A DNA stretch of 28,708 nucleotides from a virus (taxonomy: Duplodnaviria; Caudoviricetes): IMG/VR virus record IMGVR_UViG_3300044676_000741, positions 1-28,708 of that record; one strand, 5' to 3'. Below, in pieces: positions 1-7,610 of the stretch. The notes beneath the pieces were generated by a model that made no database searches, was not told where the DNA came from, and saw nothing but the letters and a program-made list of their open reading frames with translations. Within the stretch, counting starts at the first letter, position 1. The number at the start of each line of letters is the position of its first letter. Made by a program: the position numbers and the translations under genes.

Positions 1-1
1 G

Positions 2-238
2 CTTCACCATACGAAAGTCTGGTGCGCCGGAAGCAAATGATAGCCACCCAACTTCCATTCCAGCCATATCCATAGCGAATTTTGTAGGCAGGGGCATCTC
101 CCTTTCCTCTTTCTGCCATTCGCCAGATGCTGACTGAACACGATCTTGAACGATCATATCCCCAGCCTTTGCGTCCCATTTAACGATTGGAACGATGTCG
201 CCACCACTGGTGGTTTCTGTTTGTAATCCTAACGCCAT
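2..238 (-). CDS. Conserved phage protein, probable ssDNA-binding protein (N-terminal part; runs off the window start)
   Basis: Not in the ORF track. Read manually: ATG at 238 with GGAG upstream, MALGLQTETTSGGDIVPIVKWDAKAGDMIVQDRVQ...MEVGWLSFASGAPDFRMVK, open to the window edge. The SSB function is inferred from context and resemblance only. Confidence 0.6.
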   Translation of the reverse strand, partial: MALGLQTETTSGGDIVPIVKWDAKAGDMIVQDRVQSASGEWQKEEREMPLPTKFAMDMAGMEVGWLSFASGAPDFRMVK

Positions 239-266
239 AACTATAACTCCTACTGTAACGCTAGTT

Positions 267-677
267 TCAATAAAGGTTTAGCTTACTAAACCCACTCACC
301 GGGTAGTAAGCAAACAAGTCAGCCGCCTCATTGCGGTCACGCCGTTTGCTCATCCCGATCTGTTTGTCAGCTTCAAAATCTATGAAGCCGACCATATCTG
401 TCCACTGCACCACCAGCCAACACTTTAGCCCTGTCGCCTTGGTTATGTTGGCGGCGGCAATGACCTTGTGCAGATTGACTAGGGCGGTGTCGTACTCAGT
501 GCTTGCCACCGTCCTACACTTAAATTCAAAGAACGCCTTGGCTTCTTTACCTTTATAGGCAATGCAATCGAGGCTATACTTGATGGGCAACGCCACCATA
601 TTGTAGCCATACGCATCGCCCAAGGCTGTCCTCAACTTGTCTTCGGCGTTCTTGTTTTCTTCGGTTTCATAAAGCAT
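267..677 (-). CDS. PD-(D/E)XK-fold nuclease-like protein
   Basis: Motif SLDCIAYKGKEAKAFFEFKCR (D...ExK). Start revised to 677 (MLYETEEN), which overlaps the upstream TGA (TGATG coupling). Confidence 0.65.
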   Translation of the reverse strand: MLYETEENKNAEDKLRTALGDAYGYNMVALPIKYSLDCIAYKGKEAKAFFEFKCRTVASTEYDTALVNLHKVIAAANITKATGLKCWLVVQWTDMVGFIDFEADKQIGMSKRRDRNEAADLFAYYPVSGFSKLNLY

Positions 678-1099
678 CACATTAGCTCCCGGCAGATCAT
701 ACAAAAAGTGTCGAAGTCCACCTCACACGCATAGCGCCAATCGTAGGGATTAGCGCTTCCAGAGTAGGCATTAAACTCTGGCATATCAATGACCGCCTGC
801 AACGGTATCCGGCAACGTACTGGCTGTCGATTGTAGCGGTATAGAAGCGCCGGATAATTGCCTGCCAACTGCGCCGCAATGATGGCCTGATCCCACCATT
901 CCGGGCGAGCTTGGACGCCTTCCTTGTAGTGTTTTAGTTCTAATGTGAAGGGAAACGAACCGCTGACAGGGCGCAGATCACCCAGCCCAGCCTGCCTAGT
1001 CTGATCTAGTATTCTTTCAAACTTAATGCCAAGTGCTTCGTATAGATCTGCCGCCACCTTTAATTCGTTGCGACTGCCTTTGGCTCTGGAATTGACCAT
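677..1099 (-). CDS. Holliday junction resolvase-like nuclease (Hjc-type PD-(D/E)XK)
   Basis: MVNSRAKGSRNELKVA N-terminus, GDL...LELKHYK catalytic motif, WWDQA, LLYRYNRQP. Start revised to 1099, with GGGAG upstream. Confidence 0.75.
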   Translation of the reverse strand: MVNSRAKGSRNELKVAADLYEALGIKFERILDQTRQAGLGDLRPVSGSFPFTLELKHYKEGVQARPEWWDQAIIAAQLAGNYPALLYRYNRQPVRCRIPLQAVIDMPEFNAYSGSANPYDWRYACEVDFDTFCMICRELM

Positions 1100-1123
1100 C
1101 TGTATCTCCCGATTGGTCTGAAA

Positions 1124-1154
1124 ATAATTATATAGAAATACATAGGGTTGCAAG
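1124..1154 (-). promoter_or_regulatory. Candidate leftward sigma70-type promoter
   Basis: The minus strand reads CTTGCAA-ccctatgtatttcta-TATAAT. The -10 is perfect, but the spacer from TTGCAA is only 15 nt. Confidence 0.5.
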
Positions 1155-1193
1155 CACCCCATCATTTTTTTTCGTTTTTTGGCTATATTTTAC

Positions 1194-1222
1194 TTGAACA
1201 TTATGTATTTTGGTCTTATATT
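1194..1222 (+). promoter_or_regulatory. Rightward sigma70-type promoter
   Basis: TTGAAC (1194-1199), 17-nt spacer, TATATT (1217-1222). T-rich tracts lie upstream, and GGGAG precedes the ATG at 1246. Confidence 0.7.
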
Positions 1223-1245
1223 AAAAATGTAACAGGGAGAAAACA

Positions 1246-1488
1246 ATGACTAAAGCAGAAAAAGCATTCCAATTTATCACCGACAAGATCGCAGAAGGCT
1301 TGACCGTTATGGTCGCCACCAATCTTCGCGCAACACAGATCACGCCTAAGACTGCCGCTAAGTTTGAAGCCGCCAATCACCCGCTCTTCAAGATCGGTGC
1401 TGATGGTTGCCTTTATATGGCAGAGGGCAAGAGCTATGTCTGCATCGCCTACAAAGATATGATCTTAACACGCATCAGCGCATTTTAA
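1246..1488 (+). CDS. Hypothetical protein (80 aa), first gene of the rightward operon
   Basis: Clean ORF with GGGAG RBS directly after the promoter. No recognisable motif. Confidence 0.75.
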   Translation: MTKAEKAFQFITDKIAEGLTVMVATNLRATQITPKTAAKFEAANHPLFKIGADGCLYMAEGKSYVCIAYKDMILTRISAF

Positions 1489-1502
1489 TTGGGAGTAAAC
1501 TA

Positions 1503-2144
1503 ATGACCACTTACATCACCTATTTTCGTGTATCAACTCAGCGCCAAGGTCAATCCGGCCTTGGCTTAGATGCCCAGCGTGTAGCTGTCGCGCCATTCGC
1601 TGACAACATCATCGCCGAATATGTTGAAGTGGAAAGCGGTAAGAACAACCACCGCCCACAATTAGCTGAGGCATTGGCACACGCCAAGCGCGAAGGCGCC
1701 ACACTATTAATAGCCAAGCTCGACCGACTAGCTCGTAACGTGGCATTCATTGCCAACTTACTAGAAGCTAATGTTCCAATTACCTGTGCCGATATGCCAG
1801 AGGCAGACCGCACAATGTTGCAGATGATGTCAGTCTTTGCCGAGTTCGAGGGACGCCGCATCAGTGAGCGCACCAAGGACGCCCTAGCCGCCGCTAAACG
1901 CCGTGGCACCAAGTTGGGCAGTCCTAACCCACAAGCTGGCGGTAAAGCCGCTGGTGAAGCTCGCAGGGGCAAGACAGCCGCCGTTGCTGTCGAGGCTATG
2001 CCCATCATCAAGACATTACGTCAGTCAGGCGTGTCGTTTGCGAAGATCGCCGACACTCTGAATGACGCTCGTATTCCATCCGCAATGGGTGGCGTGTGGC
2101 ACAGCACCTCTGTGCGTAACCTAGTCAACCGGGAGCTAGCATAA
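1503..2144 (+). CDS. Serine recombinase (resolvase/invertase catalytic domain plus short C-terminal DNA-binding domain)
   Basis: YFRVSTQRQG (catalytic Ser), EVESG, RPQL, KLDRLARN, AEFEGRRISERTK, LGSP, C-terminal FAKIADTLN...GGVWHSTSVRNL. Start revised to 1503, GGGAG at 1491-1495. Confidence 0.92.
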   Translation: MTTYITYFRVSTQRQGQSGLGLDAQRVAVAPFADNIIAEYVEVESGKNNHRPQLAEALAHAKREGATLLIAKLDRLARNVAFIANLLEANVPITCADMPEADRTMLQMMSVFAEFEGRRISERTKDALAAAKRRGTKLGSPNPQAGGKAAGEARRGKTAAVAVEAMPIIKTLRQSGVSFAKIADTLNDARIPSAMGGVWHSTSVRNLVNRELA

Positions 2145-2317
2145 TGTATGCTCAAACAACTATCTGGCAAATCGAAGAACCGAGTATGTTTTTCGCCACC
2201 AAAGCTGAGGCTTATCGTTGGTGGAAAAAAAATTCGCCATTGCCGTGGCGTGAGGTGACGCTAAAACGTCACATATTCTTTAACAAAAGGGAGATTGTCC
2301 AATGGCTAAATTCATAG
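2144..2317 (+). CDS. Small hypothetical protein (57 aa)
   Basis: Not in the ORF track. [57 protein letters not shown]; TAATG overlap with the recombinase stop and GGGAG upstream. Confidence 0.7.
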   Translation: MYAQTTIWQIEEPSMFFATKAEAYRWWKKNSPLPWREVTLKRHIFFNKREIVQWLNS

Positions 2318-2418
2318 CTTATCTTGCTGGCGCCGTCTTTGTGATGGGCTGGCTCAATATCACTGGTAACCCACAGCTCACTTGGTGGGGTGCAATAGCT
2401 TACTTTGGGGGAATGTAA
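2302..2418 (+). CDS. Small hydrophobic (membrane) peptide, 38 aa
   Basis: Not in the ORF track. [38 protein letters not shown]; GGGAG RBS at 2289-2293; stop overlaps the next ATG (TAATG). Confidence 0.65.
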   Translation: MAKFIAYLAGAVFVMGWLNITGNPQLTWWGAIAYFGGM

Positions 2419-3017
2419 TGGAAATCATCACACGCCAACAGGCGAAAGAGCAAGGCCTTGCTAGATACTTTACTGGCAAACCTTGTAAGCACGGTCATAT
2501 CGCGGAGCGGCGCATTAGTAGTGGATGTGTTGAATGTCGGAAAATAATAGAAAAGCGCTATAATAATAATAATTATGACAAAAGGTTGAAATCTTCTAGG
2601 GATTGGAAAACAAAAAACAAGCAACTTCTATATGAATATACCAAACAATATAGAGAGGAAAATCAAACTTGGTATAAGAATTATATGAAAAAATATTTGC
2701 ATAAAAATTCTGATAAAATAAAGGCCACAAGAAAGTTGTGGCTAAACAATGGCGGTCAATCTAAAAAAACTGCGGCTCAAGTAATTAGGAATGAGCGAGT
2801 TAAAATAGCTATGTTGCCCGGGTTAAAAGTTTCTGATTTTCACAATATATATTTTATCAGGGATCTTCTTAAAAAGAAAACAGGTATTGATCACCACGTT
2901 GATCACATCGTGCCACTGCAAGGCAAGAATGTATGTGGTTTGCACGTTCCTTGGAATTTGCAGATAATCACTGCCGAAGAAAACCTAACCAAATCTAACA
3001 AATGGGAGACTGTATAA
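2418..3017 (+). CDS. Free-standing HNH homing endonuclease with N-terminal Zn-binding motif
   Basis: [11 protein letters not shown]...CVEC N-terminal motif and [40 protein letters not shown] motif. Strongly AT-rich relative to its flanks. Start revised to 2418. Confidence 0.9.
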   Translation: MEIITRQQAKEQGLARYFTGKPCKHGHIAERRISSGCVECRKIIEKRYNNNNYDKRLKSSRDWKTKNKQLLYEYTKQYREENQTWYKNYMKKYLHKNSDKIKATRKLWLNNGGQSKKTAAQVIRNERVKIAMLPGLKVSDFHNIYFIRDLLKKKTGIDHHVDHIVPLQGKNVCGLHVPWNLQIITAEENLTKSNKWETV

Positions 3018-3973
3018 TGGTCGGTAAACTAACACCTGATAATATGATTTCAGCATCACGCATACCAGTGTTGCTGGGGTTGTCACCATACGCAACGCAG
3101 AATGAGTTGCTATCTGAAATGATCCAGCGTGATCACAATAAGTTTGAGCCTACGTTTCACGGCAATGAGATTACCGAGTGGGGTGACCGCCTTGAGAATG
3201 TTATTCTCAATGAAGCCGCCAAACGTCTAGGCTTACGCAATCATGAAACCCATATAACCAAGCCGGAGTTCCACCCTGATCTGCCGCTGGCCGCCAGCCT
3301 TGATGGGCTGGGCGTTGCCAACGGCACGATCAAGACTGATACCGCTAATGGTATATATTGCATGACTAGCAATGAAATAGACATCAGCACCATAGGCGTC
3401 CTTGAGGCTAAGGTCACCAGCGCAATGCCCGAAGAGATGCCAGCCGCACACCGTGGGCTGTGGCAACTACAGGCGCAAATGATGTGTGGCGGTTATAAAT
3501 GGGGTGCCATCGCTGTCCTATACCGAGGCATCGAGATGCGGATCTTTGTTTATGAAGCTGATGCGGTCATGCAAAAGCGCATCGAGGATGCCATCCTCAA
3601 CTTTGAGAAACGCCGCAAGACAGGCGATATGTACCCGGTGCTATCGTCTGACGATGGCAACCACGCCTATCCAGAGGCAGAGCCTGACGCAGAACCGCTG
3701 GATCTAAACGACCAGCCGGATGCGCTCACAGCGTTTGAAGATCTCATCGCCGCCAAGGAAGCTAAGAAACAAGCTGAGGCTGACATAGATCAGGCCGAGG
3801 CTACGATCAAAGAGCTGATGGGTAATCACGATGAGGCGCGAGTAAACATCGGCCTGTCGCAGTACCAAATCAAATGGCCAATGCGGCGCACCAAAGCGCA
3901 ACCCGAAAAGGTTGTGCCTGCCAAAGCAGAAACATTTGTCAGGCAGAAAACATTAACAGTGAAAGAGCTGTAG
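3017..3973 (+). CDS. YqaJ / lambda-exonuclease family recombination exonuclease
   Basis: ISASRIPVLLGLSPY, WGDRLE, AASLDG, VLEAKVT and QLQAQMMC motifs, plus a C-terminal coiled coil. Start revised to 3017 (TAATG). Confidence 0.85.
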   Translation: MVGKLTPDNMISASRIPVLLGLSPYATQNELLSEMIQRDHNKFEPTFHGNEITEWGDRLENVILNEAAKRLGLRNHETHITKPEFHPDLPLAASLDGLGVANGTIKTDTANGIYCMTSNEIDISTIGVLEAKVTSAMPEEMPAAHRGLWQLQAQMMCGGYKWGAIAVLYRGIEMRIFVYEADAVMQKRIEDAILNFEKRRKTGDMYPVLSSDDGNHAYPEAEPDAEPLDLNDQPDALTAFEDLIAAKEAKKQAEADIDQAEATIKELMGNHDEARVNIGLSQYQIKWPMRRTKAQPEKVVPAKAETFVRQKTLTVKEL

Positions 3974-3974
3974 G

Positions 3975-3999
3975 AAAGGGGGCGTTAGCCCCCTTTTTT
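3975..3999. terminator. Intrinsic terminator between convergent operons, probably bidirectional
   Basis: AAAGGGGGC-GTTA-GCCCCCTTT hairpin with a T6 run on the plus strand and a short T run on the minus strand. Confidence 0.85.
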
Positions 4000-4357
4000 A
4001 TTTCTTAGCTTTAAAGCTATCGACAACACCGCCACCAAAGTAAAAGCCCAGTATGATTAGCATTGCGTAGTTGATGCTGAATTGTTCCATCACTTTGGTC
4101 ACTGCGTCTGGATCACCATAGCCAGATATCGTCATGCCCAGCACAATGAGATAGCTACCCAGAAACGTGCCGCCAAACATAAGAGCTAGGTATCTTTGGG
4201 CAATCTTGAATGGCGCGTATGCACCCATCAGATCGATCTTAGCCTTGCTCTTGGCCTTGATCTCTTCTTCGGTGCTGGTGTGCATATCATCGATCAGATC
4301 AAGACCTTTCTTGATGACATCACCACCGCCTAAGATGCTATTCAGTACATTCAACAT
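3998..4357 (-). CDS. Holin-like membrane protein
   Basis: Two C-terminal hydrophobic segments ending IILGFYFGG, a basic tail (KAKK), adjacent to the endolysin. Start revised to 4357 (GGAG upstream). Confidence 0.7.
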   Translation of the reverse strand: MLNVLNSILGGGDVIKKGLDLIDDMHTSTEEEIKAKSKAKIDLMGAYAPFKIAQRYLALMFGGTFLGSYLIVLGMTISGYGDPDAVTKVMEQFSINYAMLIILGFYFGGGVVDSFKAKK

Positions 4358-4358
4358 A

Positions 4359-4730
4359 TCAATAACTCCATACGTTAGGACGCGGCCCACCAGTGAACGT
4401 GTCCAGATGTAAGAACCGACCGCCGCCAGACTGACTGACGCCGATCCCGGTGAAACCGTGCTTCATTGCCAGCGCCATAATGCGATACGCCTGCTGACCA
4501 TCACACGCTATGTCCACAGCAATGCCTCGTGTATGCGTCCCCGGACGCCCCTTGCTGGCTTCAACAGGATGGCTGGTGTCTCTATAGCCAGACGTCACTG
4601 TCATCGCCTCAGCAAGCTCTGAGCGCAATGCCTGTAGCTTATCCATAAAGCCACTATCCATTGCACACTTACCAGTATGACTACACTTAAACTCATCCTC
4701 ACTAAAATTAGGATACCTTGACCAATCCAT
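4359..4730 (-). CDS. Endolysin, peptidase M15 family (Zn metallopeptidase)
   Basis: PNFSEDEFKC, VTSGYR, HTRGIAVD (H-x6-D) and FLHLD zinc ligands. Start revised to 4730 (MDWSRYPNF). Confidence 0.88.
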   Translation of the reverse strand: MDWSRYPNFSEDEFKCSHTGKCAMDSGFMDKLQALRSELAEAMTVTSGYRDTSHPVEASKGRPGTHTRGIAVDIACDGQQAYRIMALAMKHGFTGIGVSQSGGGRFLHLDTFTGGPRPNVWSY

Positions 4731-5133
4731 TTCGCGCCTCGATGATTTCAATCGCATAATTAAAGCTGTCGATTTCGTTTTCCAGATCTTCAAACCACCG
4801 CCGGGTGCAACGCTTGGTAAACTGTTGCACCTGTTCTGTGGCTAGATATTTGACCCGGCGCTGATCAACAGCGACCAGCGCAATCATATCGAATAGCTGG
4901 GTCGAAGGCAATTTCTTTGACTTAGATCCAGATCCTAGCTGGAATTGATAGCCGCCCTTGTTATATTCATATGGGCTGGCACTCTTAACTTGAACCCGGA
5001 CATATGTGTTGTTGTTCCAAGCCAACAGATCCACACTGTCTTGCTGTGCCATACCGACACGCCACCCCATCGACAGGATCGAAGCCGCCGCGATGTGTTC
5101 GCCGATCAAGCCAGTAGTTGTGGCTGTTATCAT
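4708..5133 (-). CDS. PD-(D/E)XK endonuclease
   Basis: GLIGEHIAAASILSMGW...VDLL...VRVQVKSA pattern, followed by FDMIALV. Confidence 0.75.
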   Translation of the reverse strand: MITATTTGLIGEHIAAASILSMGWRVGMAQQDSVDLLAWNNNTYVRVQVKSASPYEYNKGGYQFQLGSGSKSKKLPSTQLFDMIALVAVDQRRVKYLATEQVQQFTKRCTRRWFEDLENEIDSFNYAIEIIEARNGLVKVS

Positions 5134-5562
5134 CTAGCCTCTGAGTACATAAACCGCCGTTCCAACAATACCAATAAATATTATTGTAGCCAGAAAGCCA
5201 ACAACAATCTCAGCCATAAACTCTTTACGGCGCTCTGCCTTTAGCTCTGCTTCGCGGCGTTCTTTCCTAGCTTCAGCTTGAAACCCCTGCCAGTCTGCCC
5301 ACAGTCCGGGGCGGCCTGTGTAAATCATAATCTCTTTGAGGTCTTTCTCGTATTGTTTGATTTGTTCTAGGGCAAGGAAGGCCTCTAGGTCTGACTGGTT
5401 TGCGGCGGCCTTGTTCTTGCCGCGCAGTCTCTTTTCCAAATCTTCCTTGGCTGTGGCGAAGGACATCAGCGCAGAGCCAGCCCTAGCCACATCACCAGCA
5501 TTGGTGACGGCTTGCTTGATAACAGCAAAGGCGGCATTAGCGGCGGCCAACTCAGCTAACAT
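5134..5562 (-). CDS. Hypothetical membrane protein with C-terminal TM helix (lysis module)
   Basis: Helical N-terminus, charged coiled segment and C-terminal IVVGFLATIIFIGIVGTAVYVL. Coupled to its neighbours. Confidence 0.75.
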   Translation of the reverse strand: MLAELAAANAAFAVIKQAVTNAGDVARAGSALMSFATAKEDLEKRLRGKNKAAANQSDLEAFLALEQIKQYEKDLKEIMIYTGRPGLWADWQGFQAEARKERREAELKAERRKEFMAEIVVGFLATIIFIGIVGTAVYVLRG

Positions 5563-5801
5563 CAGAATATCTCCACAAGGGTTGGGTCGTATGCTTTAGG
5601 CACACAGTATGTCGTAACCCTGTCTCTTGGGTCAATAAAATCTATATGGCTATAGTTACCGTGTCGTTCAGCCAAACGAGATGCAAAATAAAGACAATCA
5701 TCCACATTATAAAATCTGAGATTTGTATCAATAGGTCTTCGGTCATCACCTGTCCCCAGATACATCACTAATGAAAAGGCAACAACAAACTTTGACATCA
5801 C
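5562..5801 (-). CDS. Small protein with hydrophobic N-terminus and Cys pair
   Basis: KFVVAFSLVMYLG N-terminus; DDCLYF...TYCVPK; start and stop overlap with neighbouring genes. Confidence 0.7.
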   Translation of the reverse strand: MMSKFVVAFSLVMYLGTGDDRRPIDTNLRFYNVDDCLYFASRLAERHGNYSHIDFIDPRDRVTTYCVPKAYDPTLVEIF

Positions 5802-5980
5802 ACATTACTGCCTCGCTCAAAGCATTGATACGACCAATAACCCACATCGTATTCTTGATACAGGTGGCTCATATTCGCTTTGGCCTCTTCGTAGCTGGGG
5901 CAATAATCTAGGTCGTAAGGCTTAATAACAAATGTCATCTGTTGCGTCAGAATAACAAAGATGACAAGAACCTGGCTCAC
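5798..5980 (-). CDS. Small protein with hydrophobic N-terminus and Cys pair
   Basis: VLVIFVILT N-terminus; YCPS...YQCFER; 4-nt overlaps on both sides. Confidence 0.65.
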   Translation of the reverse strand: MSQVLVIFVILTQQMTFVIKPYDLDYCPSYEEAKANMSHLYQEYDVGYWSYQCFERGSNV

Positions 5981-6198
5981 TTTTCCATCAGCCTGTGCAA
6001 CAAGTCTTCTAGCCGAGCAAACCTGTCCTCGATGCGACCCATCATTGTAGACATCTCATCTTTATGGATAAACGTCTCTCTGGTGGAATTGATGCGTTCT
6101 TCCAGACGGTTAATCCTAGCAGTGAGTTGGTTAATGTACCAAGCACCACCACCGATTATAACGAATATAAGAACGTCAAGAAGATTGCTCATTTCCAT
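5977..6198 (-). CDS. Small N-terminal TM plus coiled-coil protein (lysis-associated)
   Basis: LLDVLIFVIIGGGAWYI followed by heptad-like RINRLEERI...RIEDRFARLEDLL. Confidence 0.7.
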   Translation of the reverse strand: MEMSNLLDVLIFVIIGGGAWYINQLTARINRLEERINSTRETFIHKDEMSTMMGRIEDRFARLEDLLHRLMEK

Positions 6199-6206
6199 CA
6201 GTCTGC

Positions 6207-6758
6207 CTACGCAATCTCTGTTGCCGAAATGTTGCTTACAAAATACTCATCAGTAGTATTTACAGTTGTGTTAATATAAAAAGTTCCGGCAATGGTTGAG
6301 ACAATACCAACCTTGTATGTAACTTGTGATGTTGTGTTTGGACTGTCAAAATAAGTGAAGTAACCCAATTCACCAGTGCTGTCGTCATTGTTAAGGTAAA
6401 AGGTTCGTGTCAAAGCGGAAATGCCAACCTTTGAACCTGAAGTAGAACCACTGTGTTTCAAAGCAGTTGTATCTCTGTAGAAAAACATAACGTGGTCATA
6501 CGTAATGTCATCATCGCTAAACTCACCTGCCAGATGACATTCTAACTTAATAATACTACTGGTTGATGTTGGCGTGATATTTACAGTCAAATCGGTAAAC
6601 GCTGTGGGTGTGTTTGCAAGCCACGTTTGAGTTGACGCGGTGCTTAATTGCGTGTATTGGACTTGAATAACACTAGCCGCTGGTACGTTGTCTAACGCCC
6701 CTGCAACAATGTCACCGTTAGCATCAACTAAATTTGCTATGTCTCTTGCTCGTGACAT
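6207..6758 (-). CDS. Short tail-fibre / receptor-binding-type protein
   Basis: MSRARDIANL N-terminus and a Thr/Ser-rich beta domain (VIQVQ...LTVNITPTSTSSIIKL...DSPNTTSQVTYKV...ATEIA). AGGAG RBS. Confidence 0.65.
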   Translation of the reverse strand: MSRARDIANLVDANGDIVAGALDNVPAASVIQVQYTQLSTASTQTWLANTPTAFTDLTVNITPTSTSSIIKLECHLAGEFSDDDITYDHVMFFYRDTTALKHSGSTSGSKVGISALTRTFYLNNDDSTGELGYFTYFDSPNTTSQVTYKVGIVSTIAGTFYINTTVNTTDEYFVSNISATEIA

Positions 6759-6770
6759 AAATCACTCCTA

Positions 6771-7136
6771 TTAGTAAGGGCTATCACCCAACAATGCTAC
6801 ATCCCAAGCGGCCTTTAGCTCAGTCATGTTGCTTGCGGCATCAATCGCAGAAGCGGCTGGTGCATCACGCAGTGTCTGTTTAGCAGACGCAATGGCAGAG
6901 GTGTCTGAGCCAGCTTCGAGAGCCTTCATCAGTTCCACATCCTTCGCATCAAGCAAAGGCTTGCGTACCTCACGCACCTTGTCCTTGAAGATTTCTTTTG
7001 CCTTGGTCAGGTCTTCGCTAATCACGTTGCCTGACAGTGACCACGCTCCGCGAAAGTCACGATTGTTTGGAACGGTTGCAGTTGACGCATCAATCTGATT
7101 ACCGTCCTTGTCCACGATGTATGTTGCAACAGCCAT
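6771..7136 (-). CDS. Tail fibre assembly / chaperone-like protein
   Basis: KVREVRKPLLDAKD...KQTLRDAP...LKAAW pattern resembling fibre-assembly proteins; located in the fibre module. Confidence 0.6.
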   Translation of the reverse strand: MAVATYIVDKDGNQIDASTATVPNNRDFRGAWSLSGNVISEDLTKAKEIFKDKVREVRKPLLDAKDVELMKALEAGSDTSAIASAKQTLRDAPAASAIDAASNMTELKAAWDVALLGDSPY

Positions 7137-7145
7137 AATATACTC

Positions 7146-7610
7146 CTAAGCCGCTAAGTTAAGTTCATCAGATATACGCCACGCATTGCGCCACGTTCTT
7201 GTAGCTGGTAACTGCTCTTTCTTGCAGATGACCATCTTCGGGCGGTTGCCCTCATCCCAGTTCTGCCACACAGACTGAGGGATGTCTTTCATAATCAAAT
7301 ACTCAATGGCTTCTTCTTCTGTCATCGCTGGCATTGGCTCAGTCGTATGCAACAGATAGCCACGAGTATGCTTCTTGAAATCAGGTTGTGCTTCGTCCTT
7401 TGCCAGTTCCCAATAGACCCAGACGGGCGGTAATATTCCGCCTTGAAGCGCACAACTTAGCCAGTTCGGGTCTGCAACGAGAACCTTGGCGCACTCGTCC
7501 ACGCTGTCCTCATAGACAACACGGTAGTCAGACTGCACACCGTCTAGGTTTTCCTTAGCCCAGCATAGTCGGTCAAATAGGTGAGTGCCTTTGAAATCAG
7601 GTGTCTGCAT
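7146..7610 (-). CDS. Conserved phage hypothetical protein (fibre module)
   Basis: Clean ORF coupled to the upstream gene (TAATG); MTEEEAIEYLIMKDIP and LPATRTWRNAW motifs. Confidence 0.75.
   Translation of the reverse strand: MQTPDFKGTHLFDRLCWAKENLDGVQSDYRVVYEDSVDECAKVLVADPNWLSCALQGGILPPVWVYWELAKDEAQPDFKKHTRGYLLHTTEPMPAMTEEEAIEYLIMKDIPQSVWQNWDEGNRPKMVICKKEQLPATRTWRNAWRISDELNLAA

Noticed and set aside
2131-2146. GGGAGCTAGCATAATG at the recombinase end resembling the fibre cassette junctions, as a possible recombination site
   Set aside because: Adequately explained by the shared RBS plus TAATG translational-coupling constraint.
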